Below, piece by piece: positions 63,181 to 64,000 of a DNA stretch of 64,000 nt. The DNA is from Felis catus (lineage: Eukaryota): NCBI RefSeq assembly GCF_018350175.1, contig NC_058383.1, positions 5,024,001 through 5,088,000 on the forward strand. The letters run 5' to 3'. Position numbers and translations under genes: made by a program. The notes below the pieces were generated by a model. It worked only from the letters and a program-made list of their open reading frames with translations. It did no database searches and was not told the origin of the DNA. Position 1 is the stretch's first letter. Every line of letters starts with the position of its first letter.

Positions 63181-64000
63181 CTTAGATAAATATTCTGTTT
63201 ACACCTTCTTCCTCTGACACCTCCAGCAAAGGAAGCGTGGGATTCCTCCTCTTTACTAGCGGGTGGGGGCGGGAATGCAGGTTCCCCCCTTGGTGTCTGT
63301 GGACATCCTGGGTTGGGGGAAAGAATAGCTGGTTACGGAGGAGTGGAGATGGAGTTTCTGGCTCCCCCAGGCCTCTGCTGACACCACTCTGGCTGGGAAG
63401 GTCTGGGCACCTCATGACCGCTCCCCACATGGCCTCCACTGATACTCAGGGACCAGGTGGCCTTGTCACTGCCACTGGTCAAAGTCCTGACTCTCTCCGA
63501 GGCTTTCTCCGACATCACCCCAGTGGGGGGAAACAGGGCCCTCATTACTGCCTGGCTGGGATGAAGTCCAGGTTTCCTGCTTGGCCTTCTCTGATCCCAT
63601 TCTGGGAGCAGGCATTGGCTTGGGACACCTCCTTTCAGCTGAGGAGGGTGGAGGTCTGGGCTCCCCACTCAGCCTTTTGCTGACATTGGTCGGGGTGCGG
63701 CTGGCTGGAGTACAACCTTATTGTCTAAAAGTTTTCCGCTTTGCTAGGCTGCACTTTTCCTGATCCTTTGGCTAGAGAGGGCAGGCTTTTGTTGGGGCTT
63801 TTCTTTCCTTTTTTTTTTTTTTTTTGTCTTTTTTGTTTGTACCGGTTGGTGTTTCTGGGTTTCTGGCTTCTCCAGTTCAAGTCTGGGATCTCTGAGGCAA
63901 AAAGAAAACCCAAAGTGCCTTGGTGGCTCAGTTGGTTAAGCATCTGACTTGGACTCAGGTCATGAACTTGAAGTTTGTGAGTTCGAGCCCTGCATTGGGC

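Larger units (their letters stand above)
1150..64000. mobile_element. Window-wide CanSINE load (about 90 copies by rough manual count, both strands, many nested or tandem)
   Basis: Recurrent ggggcgcctgggtggctcagtcggttaagc...gtcatgatctc...(ct)n aaaataaa units; source of the many MAQSVKRPTSAQVMIS-type ORFs. Confidence 0.9.

Noticed and set aside
5673..63999. Dozens of similar short ORFs (MAQSVKRPTSAQVMIS...) that look like a gene family, and tRNA-like A/B boxes
   Set aside because: All are CanSINE bodies; the heads are tRNA-derived but do not form tRNA genes.
13300..64000. Next syntenic gene (CYTH3 in human) or a CpG-island promoter
   Set aside because: No CpG island or cytohesin-like coding sequence seen in the window.

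Overview
Mammalian genomic DNA, almost certainly felid: it carries about 90 carnivore tRNA-derived SINEs (rough manual count), including very young feline-type copies with intact target-site duplications (TSDs), plus L1, L2, MIR, MaLR/ERVL LTR and DNA-transposon remnants. The only intact gene piece is a + strand terminal exon starting at 11463. It first finishes a small protein (GTT CAT ATT GAG ATC CAT TGA = VHIEIH*, the C-terminus of SMIM10L3/SAGSIN1) and 60 nt later opens the complete 259-aa FAM220A ORF, i.e. a bicistronic/uORF arrangement whose first exon lies upstream of the window. An RPL15 processed pseudogene, apparently copied from a long-3'UTR isoform, sits at about 32.3-33.8 kb and is split by two SINEs. 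Most unexpectedly, much of the non-repeat DNA between about 10 and 57.4 kb reads as decayed minus-strand coding exons. These show canonical GT-AG boundaries, a phase-compatible spliced exon pair, same-frame ORFs broken by isolated stops, Ser/Thr/Pro-rich translations and two weakly SEA-like segments. I infer a large dead (unitary pseudo)gene running antisense through FAM220A; its identity could not be established without database searches. Repeat boundaries are approximate and family names are by eye.
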